Positions 18,815 to 25,781 of a DNA stretch of 64,000 bases are shown here, piece by piece. The notes beneath the pieces were generated by a model that did not search any database, was not told where the DNA came from, and worked only from the letters and a program-made list of their open reading frames with translations. Each line of letters starts with the position of its first letter. The stretch's first letter is position 1. The position numbers were made by a program, and so were the translations under genes. The stretch comes from an uncultured virus (IMG/VR IMGVR_UViG_3300027869_000007). Its lineage: Duplodnaviria; Heunggongvirae; Uroviricota; Caudoviricetes. Location of the stretch: IMG/VR virus record IMGVR_UViG_3300027869_000007. One strand, 5' to 3'.

Positions 18815-18907
18815 GGAGAGCGACCTGCGTACGGCTACGCGTGGTGGCTTTACATTACGAGGGCCCGAGGCTGTCACCTCGGTGGGGTTCGACTCCCTCG
18901 CTCTCCG
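18815..18907 (+). tRNA. 9/3 (or 8/4) allo-tRNA-like gene, anticodon UUA
   Basis: Acceptor GGAGAGCGA/TCGCTCTCC (9 bp); D arm TGCGTA-CGGC-TACGCG; loop CTTTACA; variable arm CCGAGG/CCTCGG; T arm GGG-TTCGACT-CCC; discriminator G; CCA not encoded. Confidence 0.7.
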
Positions 18908-18982
18908 CTTCTATATTGCCTCATCCGGCAGCGATTCATTTTGCCTTTCTCCTTTTTGGAGGGTTTGAAGAACCGAAAAACA

Positions 18983-19011
18983 AGAATAACGAACGATTCA
19001 AACTATGTCAA
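18983..19011 (-). promoter_or_regulatory. Sigma70-like promoter
   Basis: TTGACA(19011-19006)-N17-TATTCT. Confidence 0.55.
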
Positions 19012-19247
19012 GACCTTTTTTAAAAAACACGATCATTCGCGATTCGCGAATCGTGCAAGTGAGTGATTTCTTTAAACCATCTCGCCTTTTGCCATAGCGA
19101 TCAAATCGTCTACGTTAGGATTGTTCTTCAAAAGTCGTAAAGTATCTACTTGACACTGGGTAAAAAGGTCGTCCAAAAAGGCACACTGCTGTTCGGTGAA
19201 AGGTCCGAACGCTCGATCGAAATCCTGGACGTATTCCCTGGAGTTTT

Positions 19248-19793
19248 TCATAGACAGCCTAAAACGTCACAACCCTTGATATAATCCCCAAGTAGTCCAA
19301 GAATCGTCGTAACACCTTGAACCGACCGTTGAAGATTTACTAGACCGTCGCTACCTACGGTAATGCATTCAACTGTAGAAGGAGCTACTCCGCTAGAGTC
19401 TAGTTTGCCTTCGAGAGGTCGACCAACGAAGTTGATCAAGAAACGGTTACCGCAAGTAGGGCACCAGTAGTTATCGCGCTTTTTGCCGTTGCTTGTCAAG
19501 CGTGTGTCGTGATAGTGTTCTAGGCGCTTGGAGTCACTGAAATCGATAGCTGAATCACATCTAGGACATCTAAATGGGAGTAACGCGGAACCTACCTTCG
19601 TAGGGGTGATGCGACATAGCGGGAGATTAGTGTTTGGATCTCCGAAGTCAGAGTCAAACATACCCCAAAAACCACAGACCGATGGGCCGTCTAAGTAAAC
19701 GGGATGCACAGAACTAGCCTCGCCGATGTCGTCGTGTACGCTTCGGCTTAACCATAAGATGTGCGTTGCCATGATCTGAGATGAACCAGACAT
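19248..19793 (-). CDS. Zn-ribbon protein with C-terminal YIKGCDVLG tag (true start probably downstream of 19793)
   Basis: CPRC...CPTC; ends GDYIKGCDVLGCL. Confidence 0.6.
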   Translation of the reverse strand: MSGSSQIMATHILWLSRSVHDDIGEASSVHPVYLDGPSVCGFWGMFDSDFGDPNTNLPLCRITPTKVGSALLPFRCPRCDSAIDFSDSKRLEHYHDTRLTSNGKKRDNYWCPTCGNRFLINFVGRPLEGKLDSSGVAPSTVECITVGSDGLVNLQRSVQGVTTILGLLGDYIKGCDVLGCL

Positions 19794-19968
19794 TAGGATA
19801 GAATTTTGACTTCTTCATATAGTTTTCGATATGACGCCACATAGACGTCTCGGACACGTCTCGATCTAATCTAATCACAAGTCTTCCATTCTGATAGAAA
19901 CGTGAATGGTCGCTTGTTGTAATATCATCCTCTTCAGGACCTTCAAACTCGTCATCGTCGTAGTTCAT
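19714..19968 (-). CDS. Hypothetical protein
   Basis: 84 aa, ATGA-coupled. Confidence 0.55.
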   Translation of the reverse strand: MNYDDDEFEGPEEDDITTSDHSRFYQNGRLVIRLDRDVSETSMWRHIENYMKKSKFYPNVWFISDHGNAHLMVKPKRTRRHRRG

Positions 19969-20270
19969 TTGTCAGCCTTCCAGTTTTCGACTACTCCAAT
20001 CTTTCTGCCTACCTTGTCCCAACCGGCGCCGTGATGAATATCTCCAGTCTTTCGGTTAACAAAAACGAATACAGAGTTGTAATCGCCCCCAGGGCGACGC
20101 TTGAAAATCTTATAGTATTTTACTCCTTTGATGGAACCAAATTCGTAACCTGGAAATACGATAGCGAGATTATCTATCCAGCGTCCTGGAGAGTTGAGGG
20201 CTTCAATGACTCCTACTCCTGCAGACAGAGATGTATTTCTAAAACTGGACATAGAAGGTGTTCTGTACAT
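19965..20270 (-). CDS. Hypothetical protein
   Basis: 101 aa; KYYKI..SVFVFVNRKTGDI..AGW phage-type motif. Confidence 0.6.
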   Translation of the reverse strand: MYRTPSMSSFRNTSLSAGVGVIEALNSPGRWIDNLAIVFPGYEFGSIKGVKYYKIFKRRPGGDYNSVFVFVNRKTGDIHHGAGWDKVGRKIGVVENWKADK

Positions 20271-20284
20271 GGTTGGTAATAGGT

Positions 20285-20566
20285 TTATCTTCCAATTTTA
20301 GCTTTAGGATATCCGGTTCTTACAAGCTTTTTGGCAGATGAATAGTCTTTAGCTCGCATATAAAAAGAAACACCGTGGTCACCGTAAACTTCAAAAAGCG
20401 GTGCGCCGACGCCGAAATATCTACCTGAGCTTGTGTATCCACCACGGTCTAATTTGACACGTAAAACTTCAAGCTCTCCGTCATAGTTTTTTCTATCTAA
20501 AGCGTGAGACCCTCCCCAATGAAGCTGAAACAGAGGATCGAAATATATTTCTCTATGACTGGCCAT
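20285..20566 (-). CDS. Hypothetical protein
   Basis: 93 aa; LDRGGYTSSGRYFGVGAPLF. Confidence 0.6.
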   Translation of the reverse strand: MASHREIYFDPLFQLHWGGSHALDRKNYDGELEVLRVKLDRGGYTSSGRYFGVGAPLFEVYGDHGVSFYMRAKDYSSAKKLVRTGYPKAKIGR

Positions 20567-20567
20567 G

Positions 20568-21296
20568 TTAAACCTTCCTGTACTTCGGCAACAGCGCCAG
20601 CGGATCTGGAATATCAGTAAACGCCGGTCCTTCTAGTCCTGAGATAACAGTGTTTCCGCTACCAAAACCAAACGGCGCACCGACATGGTATACGTCAGAT
20701 ACAAACTTAAACCATTTATCAGGCGAATGCTTAACCTTCACAGCGCCCGATCTAGAAAACTGTTCAAACGAATCCCACGAACCTGCTTGTCCTGCGTTCT
20801 TTGCTGCGTTAGCTAACTGTCTCGTCTCACCACTACCGACCGAATGACCTAGTTTAGTCAGCAGGTAATAATAAGTAGAACCCTTAGGAGCGACTCCCAA
20901 CGAATCCGACTCGCCCATGTATCTGCCTATCAAAGCCAATCCGCCGTTGATAGAGTAGACCGGATCGACCGATAATCTTTGATGGTCTAGTCCAAGAGAC
21001 TTAGACTCATCTGGCATCAACTGAAAATATCCACGCTCGTCCAAAGATGTAACTTCGTCGAGCTTTCCACCCGACTCCTTGGCGACCCATCCTACCAGAA
21101 GTCCAAGAGGAATTCCAGACGAGCTAGAAGCTTGCTTAAGTAAAGGCAAAATAGCGTCTACACGCTTGTAACCAGTAGACCCTGGCATAGGCGGTAGATC
21201 GGGCTCATGATCAGGGGGACTGTCCCCCGAGCTAATATACGCAGCAACAAATCCTGCCCCGCTTGCAATGAGAATAAGTGGGAGTAGAATGTTCAT
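20568..21296 (-). CDS. Membrane-anchored lytic transglycosylase (SLT-like)
   Basis: N-terminal TM helix; VAKESGG, GYFQLMP, DPVYSINGG. Confidence 0.85.
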   Translation of the reverse strand: MNILLPLILIASGAGFVAAYISSGDSPPDHEPDLPPMPGSTGYKRVDAILPLLKQASSSSGIPLGLLVGWVAKESGGKLDEVTSLDERGYFQLMPDESKSLGLDHQRLSVDPVYSINGGLALIGRYMGESDSLGVAPKGSTYYYLLTKLGHSVGSGETRQLANAAKNAGQAGSWDSFEQFSRSGAVKVKHSPDKWFKFVSDVYHVGAPFGFGSGNTVISGLEGPAFTDIPDPLALLPKYRKV

Positions 21297-21298
21297 AG

Positions 21299-21535
21299 CT
21301 ACACCTTTCTCTCAACATACTTCGCCGCTGCGATCAGCGCTACGACCGTCAAACCTCCCGCTACAGAAGTCCAGTAAGGTGTCCACTGATCAGGACGCTT
21401 ATATTCCGCTACTTCAGCACCTAGAACGTCGCATCCTAGAACGTAGAAGTTTCCTCTTGGGGAAGGCGTACCGCCACGCTTTCGTAAGCGGCTAGCTGCT
21501 GTAACAGCGGCTATACTGCCAAGGAGAATACTCAT
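21299..21535 (-). CDS. Small membrane virion protein
   Basis: FYVLGCDVLG tag plus C-terminal TM and basic tail. Confidence 0.6.
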   Translation of the reverse strand: MSILLGSIAAVTAASRLRKRGGTPSPRGNFYVLGCDVLGAEVAEYKRPDQWTPYWTSVAGGLTVVALIAAAKYVERKV

Positions 21536-22377
21536 CGTCCTCGACCGAAAAATGCTGTAGCTGCGGCCTGACCTGTCGGACCTGATGCTATCTTATAGAC
21601 TGCGAAACCTAGAAGCGCTGCAAGTCCAATCCCAATGCCAATAGTCCACTTAGAAACAGTCTCAACAGTATCAACAGCCGATGATACTTTTTGAGCTACT
21701 GCTTGTGCGGCCGACGAAACTCCTTGAGCTACTTCTACCGGAAGCTCGGCGATTGCTGTTCCAATGTCAACCCACATTTGAACCCAAATATCGTGAGCAC
21801 GACCGGCCCCCTCTTCGGCAGCATTTTCCTCCACGAACGCCATCATTACGAATTTTTTGAGATCTTCTCCTCCTGAATACCATGACGAGGGAATAAGCAC
21901 CATGCTCGCAAGTTCGTTCTCATGCCACTTGAGATGATAATAAACATTGTCTCGCTGGCCACCACCAGGAAGATTCTTACTAGCTGCTATCGAACGTGCT
22001 TCATCGATTGCAGCTTGTCCTCCTTTAAGAAGCTCACGTGCTGCCGATACAGGAACGTTCTTAAGCGTGTTCATCTGCTTCTGTTCAGCAGCAATATCAA
22101 ACACACCCATGACAACCGGCAAATCTATAGGTCGATATTCGAGACAGGTCCCGTCGGGACCGTACTTTACACACCTGACCTCATCGAATTCGTCGACGTC
22201 AGTATAAGGTCCGTCCCACCACGGCCCTCCTCCCCACCATCCGCCACCGAAACCGCGTTCGCCATGTCCGCCGCCTTGGTGCCCACCACCGCCACCGCCG
22301 TGATGTCCGCCTCCACCACCGCCCTCGATAACCTCACCAAGGACAGCGCAGCCGGTTAGATAATCGTGCGAATTCAT
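21532..22377 (-). CDS. Membrane virion protein with Gly/His-rich N-terminus
   Basis: DYLTGCAVLG tag; C-terminal TM. Confidence 0.65.
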   Translation of the reverse strand: MNSHDYLTGCAVLGEVIEGGGGGGHHGGGGGGHQGGGHGERGFGGGWWGGGPWWDGPYTDVDEFDEVRCVKYGPDGTCLEYRPIDLPVVMGVFDIAAEQKQMNTLKNVPVSAARELLKGGQAAIDEARSIAASKNLPGGGQRDNVYYHLKWHENELASMVLIPSSWYSGGEDLKKFVMMAFVEENAAEEGAGRAHDIWVQMWVDIGTAIAELPVEVAQGVSSAAQAVAQKVSSAVDTVETVSKWTIGIGIGLAALLGFAVYKIASGPTGQAAATAFFGRGR

Positions 22378-22378
22378 T

Positions 22379-23110
22379 TTACTTTCGCACGGCTAGAGCA
22401 ACCACGCCACCAAGCAGTAGCGCCGCGCCTCCTGCAAGCAATCCATACTTAAGTGCCGAAGATTGCGTCGACGCCGCCGGGGTACCGGCCGCCGCTCCTG
22501 GGGTAGCAGCAGAAGAAAAAGACGGAGCGGACCTGTAAGAAGAAGAATAAATCTGCACTTGGCTACCAGTTCCTGATGCCACTCCAGGAGTTACCTTAAG
22601 CGCTGAAATAACTCCCTCGTCGATAACCCCGCTTTGTCCTGCTCCAAGGCTTCCCTGAAGAGCCTTAACCGCTGCAGCGGTTTTAGGACCGTAAGTTCCA
22701 TCAAGAGGTCCTGGGTTAAAGCCTTTAGCTTTAAGTGCTTGCTGAACTGCCAGCACGGTCACCGAATCGTTGTCGTAATTCTGACCGGCGGTAGGAATTA
22801 CGTCTTCTCCTACTACAGTCCACGCGTCGCTTTCGCCGGGGACTTCTCCGCTTTGTAACGACGGCAAAAACGGTGCAGAAATATCGCGAGTTGCCTGATA
22901 GACCTTTGACCAGTACTGTACCTTTGAGCCCTTTGCATAGTCGAGAGAGTTGTCCCACGACGGGGCGCCTAAAATATCGTAGCCTTCTCCTAAAATCTCT
23001 ACCCAAGATTCTAGTTCGTCAACAGCTTCAACAGGTTCGCCGACAATTTCGGTCCAGTTGCTACTATCGCCAAGAACAGAACAACCTGTGATATAGTCTT
23101 CGCCGGTCAT
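22379..23110 (-). CDS. Peptidoglycan-binding-domain protein with small carbohydrate-binding-like module and C-terminal TM
   Basis: VQQALKAKGFNPGPLDGTYGPKTAAAVKALQ; WDNSLDYAKGSKVQY..YQA; several tag copies. Confidence 0.8.
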   Translation of the reverse strand: MTGEDYITGCSVLGDSSNWTEIVGEPVEAVDELESWVEILGEGYDILGAPSWDNSLDYAKGSKVQYWSKVYQATRDISAPFLPSLQSGEVPGESDAWTVVGEDVIPTAGQNYDNDSVTVLAVQQALKAKGFNPGPLDGTYGPKTAAAVKALQGSLGAGQSGVIDEGVISALKVTPGVASGTGSQVQIYSSSYRSAPSFSSAATPGAAAGTPAASTQSSALKYGLLAGGAALLLGGVVALAVRK

Positions 23111-23112
23111 TT

Positions 23113-23616
23113 TTACTTTCTCCTGAAAAACAAAAATACACCACCGAGTAAAACCGCTGCTCCGCCGGCTATTAGTCCGTAGGTTAGCATCGGACTTGTT
23201 TTGGCTTTATCGCCCTTGGCGTTTTCTGTCTTTTGTGTCGCGTCTGGTTGCTTTTTAAAAGACGGAGTGCTGAAGCTTGGTGTTGAAACCGAAGCCGAAG
23301 CAGAAGGAGAAGGAGAAGTAGAAGTAGAAGACGTCGAAGACGACGACGACGACGTACCAGGAGCTATCGTGGCAACCGTAACCCATATGCCTAGAGCATT
23401 AGTCAAACTGTCATCAATAACACCGGACGGACTTAGCCCTTGGCTTGTTTGAAACGCTTTGATAGCTTTAGAGGTATTTGGGCCATAAGTTCCATCAAGC
23501 GTCCCCGGGTCGAAACCTTTAGCTTTTAGGGCGTTTTGGACTTTATAGACCGTCGCATAGTCTGTATACATCCCGATAATATCGGTCCAACCGTCGTCGC
23601 CTAGAACGGTATTCAT
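23113..23616 (-). CDS. Peptidoglycan-binding-domain protein with C-terminal TM (paralog of 22379..23110)
   Basis: VQNALKAKGFDPGTLDGTYGPNTSKAIKAFQ; N-terminal TVLGDDGWTDIIG. Confidence 0.85.
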   Translation of the reverse strand: MNTVLGDDGWTDIIGMYTDYATVYKVQNALKAKGFDPGTLDGTYGPNTSKAIKAFQTSQGLSPSGVIDDSLTNALGIWVTVATIAPGTSSSSSSTSSTSTSPSPSASASVSTPSFSTPSFKKQPDATQKTENAKGDKAKTSPMLTYGLIAGGAAVLLGGVFLFFRRK

Positions 23617-23808
23617 TTACTCACCATCACCGCCAATAAGACTTGCGATCATACCTGTAGAAAAGCCCATAACTACTAGCGAAATACCTGCAACGGCAAT
23701 TAGTCCTGCGACAACGCCATTATTAGACAAAATAGATTGTTTAACAGTGGCAGACTGGACGACAGCTTCCCCAAGTACAGCACAGCCTTCTAAGTAATTG
23801 TCGCTCAT
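23617..23808 (-). CDS. Small membrane protein
   Basis: NYLEGCAVLG tag plus TM. Confidence 0.65.
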   Translation of the reverse strand: MSDNYLEGCAVLGEAVVQSATVKQSILSNNGVVAGLIAVAGISLVVMGFSTGMIASLIGGDGE

Positions 23809-23810
23809 TT

Positions 23811-24083
23811 TTAAGCCATCACCGCAGGTTTAGACAGATTGCCGGCTACAGCGTTTCCGGCAAAAATTCCGAGCGCGTATCCGAGCACTCTGTTTCTAAG
23901 AATCTTGGATAAAACGTAACCCAAAGCTCCTGCTGTAGCAATGCCTACTAGAATTTGTGTTTTAGTCGGAGACCCGACAATGATAGTCCAACCGTTGTCT
24001 CCTGCAACATCGGCCACTTCAGAGCCAAGGACTTCCGAGCCCTTTAGGTAGTCGTCTTCCGTGCTTATCCAATTACTTGACAT
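23811..24083 (-). CDS. Small membrane protein
   Basis: DYLKGSEVLG and GDNGWTIIVG tags plus two TM helices. Confidence 0.65.
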   Translation of the reverse strand: MSSNWISTEDDYLKGSEVLGSEVADVAGDNGWTIIVGSPTKTQILVGIATAGALGYVLSKILRNRVLGYALGIFAGNAVAGNLSKPAVMA

Positions 24084-24217
24084 TTGTCACCCTCTCGGCT
24101 TCCGTCTACACGAGGCTGAGCACAGAAGTTCCATACCTGATTACAGGCAAAAGCAAGCTGCTTTAGCTGTCTAATGGTACGTTTACCCTTAAGACGATAT
24201 TTATAGGTAAGAATCAT
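24065..24217 (-). pseudogene. tnpB: Internally deleted IS200/IS605 TnpB remnant
   Basis: Reads MILTYKYRLKGKRTIRQLKQLAFACNQVWNFCAQPRVDGS...; TYKYRL..CNQVWN is the TnpB N-terminal signature; only 50 aa. Confidence 0.65.
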
Positions 24218-24238
24218 TTTATGTTCGACGATTCGCTA

Positions 24239-24478
24239 CTAGCGCTTCTTACGCTTATGCTTAAATCCGCGCATAGTCAGAGCTAGACGAACACGCTTCC
24301 CTAGCTTACCTGTTTCGTGCATAAAGCGCTTTAGAATCTTTGTTGGGATCTTCTTTCCCATCTTTACGCCACGAACACGCATACGTCTAAGTTGACGATG
24401 AAGGGCGCCTTTAGTATGATACTTAAGTGCCTTCTTTACCCACTTCTTAGACTTTCTCTTTCCTCTACGCTTTGCCAT
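24239..24478 (-). CDS. Very basic small protein, putative DNA-binding core protein
   Basis: 79 aa, K/R-rich; KGALHRQL..GKKIP..GKLGKRVRLA. Confidence 0.65.
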   Translation of the reverse strand: MAKRRGKRKSKKWVKKALKYHTKGALHRQLRRMRVRGVKMGKKIPTKILKRFMHETGKLGKRVRLALTMRGFKHKRKKR

Positions 24479-24481
24479 GAT

Positions 24482-24964
24482 TTACTTGCCCAGGCCGCCA
24501 TACGCTGCCGCGAGACCGCCAACAAGAAGTCCGCCAATGAAACCTAGTGCCCTGTTACCCGGAAGTAGTAACGATCCTGCAACTCCGCCCGCGGTCGTCA
24601 CAAGGTTTCTTGTCGCGTATCCGCGCTGGTCAGCCTTAAGAAGAGCAGGAACGTTACGTGCGAGCGAAGCACCGCCAATTGCCCCTAAAAGCGGATGCCC
24701 CTTAGAATAGCCGACGTATCCACCTAGGGCTGCGCCTACAAGCGTTCCAATGTTATCAGATACGTCCTTAGCTCGCGCCTCCTTCAGCATATCGGTGAAG
24801 GACTGCATCATCCCGCCGCCGCCACTAGGAGCTAGCGGAGCCGAAGACATGTCCTTACTAGGAGCACTAGGCGCTGCTGCGCCTAGAACTTCGTAAGCAC
24901 GAGCTGCCGTTCGGCTTGCACCGATTGTACTATCGAGACCTCGCAGCTTTTCTGTAAAACTCAT
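24482..24964 (-). CDS. Gly-zipper multi-TM membrane protein
   Basis: Four GxxxG-rich hydrophobic helices; YEVLG tag. Confidence 0.65.
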   Translation of the reverse strand: MSFTEKLRGLDSTIGASRTAARAYEVLGAAAPSAPSKDMSSAPLAPSGGGGMMQSFTDMLKEARAKDVSDNIGTLVGAALGGYVGYSKGHPLLGAIGGASLARNVPALLKADQRGYATRNLVTTAGGVAGSLLLPGNRALGFIGGLLVGGLAAAYGGLGK

Positions 24965-24968
24965 TGGT

Positions 24969-25328
24969 TTACTTTCTTCCTTTTAGGATAAAGTAAAGAG
25001 CCAGACTTCCTAGTCCTAGACCTAGACCAACACCCCAAACGGGTACAGGGCCTATCACCTTCTTAGATAAGAACGACGATCCGCCCTTATCTTTAGGCAT
25101 ATCTGGCGTAGAACCTGGAGCAGGAGCTGTCGGCTTTGGCTTCTTATCGTCAGCCGTAAGCTTTTGCGCACCGCTAAACAACTCTTGTAGTGCGGTGGCG
25201 CCCATGCCTGCTGCAGCAAGACCTTTTTGCGTCTTGTTAAGAGACTGATCATCTCCATAGATATGAGAAGTGCCTGTAATACCAAGCAGTTCTTTTTCTA
25301 TTTGAAGCATTTCACGTTCATCGCTCAT
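24969..25328 (-). CDS. C-terminally anchored membrane protein
   Basis: TM followed by KGRK. Confidence 0.6.
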   Translation of the reverse strand: MSDEREMLQIEKELLGITGTSHIYGDDQSLNKTQKGLAAAGMGATALQELFSGAQKLTADDKKPKPTAPAPGSTPDMPKDKGGSSFLSKKVIGPVPVWGVGLGLGLGSLALYFILKGRK

Positions 25329-25331
25329 TTG

Positions 25332-25781
25332 TTACTTTCCTTTTCTACTGAAGAGTTTAACCAGTCCCCAAACTACCCCTATAATACCACCACCTACAGC
25401 AATTCCGGTGTAAAAATCTGTTTGTAGTGGTCCTCCGGCAGGTTTCCCGGACACTATTGAAACGTCTGCATCTACCTTATTTTGTCTAAGACCATCAAGA
25501 ATATTGCTTTTAATAGTGTCATAGACTTGTTTCTCGACAAATCCAGGTAAAACCTGCTGTGCGACACTGCCTTTTGCTCCTGCCTGTGCGTGTACTAGAT
25601 CAGGCAGGTTACGAACATGGATAGTGAGGAATGGTCCCTCTCCCGTAGATGCTGGCGAGAGATTTGCTCCTCCAGCACCCATAGCTTTTTGAAAAGCCCC
25701 CCCGGCGTCGAATAAACCGGCGCCAAGAGCGTCGGACCCTGACGTGTAATCGTCGCCTCTCATTCCTCTAGCCTTCTTCAT
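25332..25781 (-). CDS. C-terminally anchored membrane protein
   Basis: DYTSGSDALG tag; TM followed by RKGK. Confidence 0.6.
   Translation of the reverse strand: MKKARGMRGDDYTSGSDALGAGLFDAGGAFQKAMGAGGANLSPASTGEGPFLTIHVRNLPDLVHAQAGAKGSVAQQVLPGFVEKQVYDTIKSNILDGLRQNKVDADVSIVSGKPAGGPLQTDFYTGIAVGGGIIGVVWGLVKLFSRKGK

Noticed and set aside
18737..19066. Plus-strand ORFs of 109 and 60 aa
   Set aside because: They overlap the allo-tRNA-like gene and a leftward promoter, and have no protein-like features.
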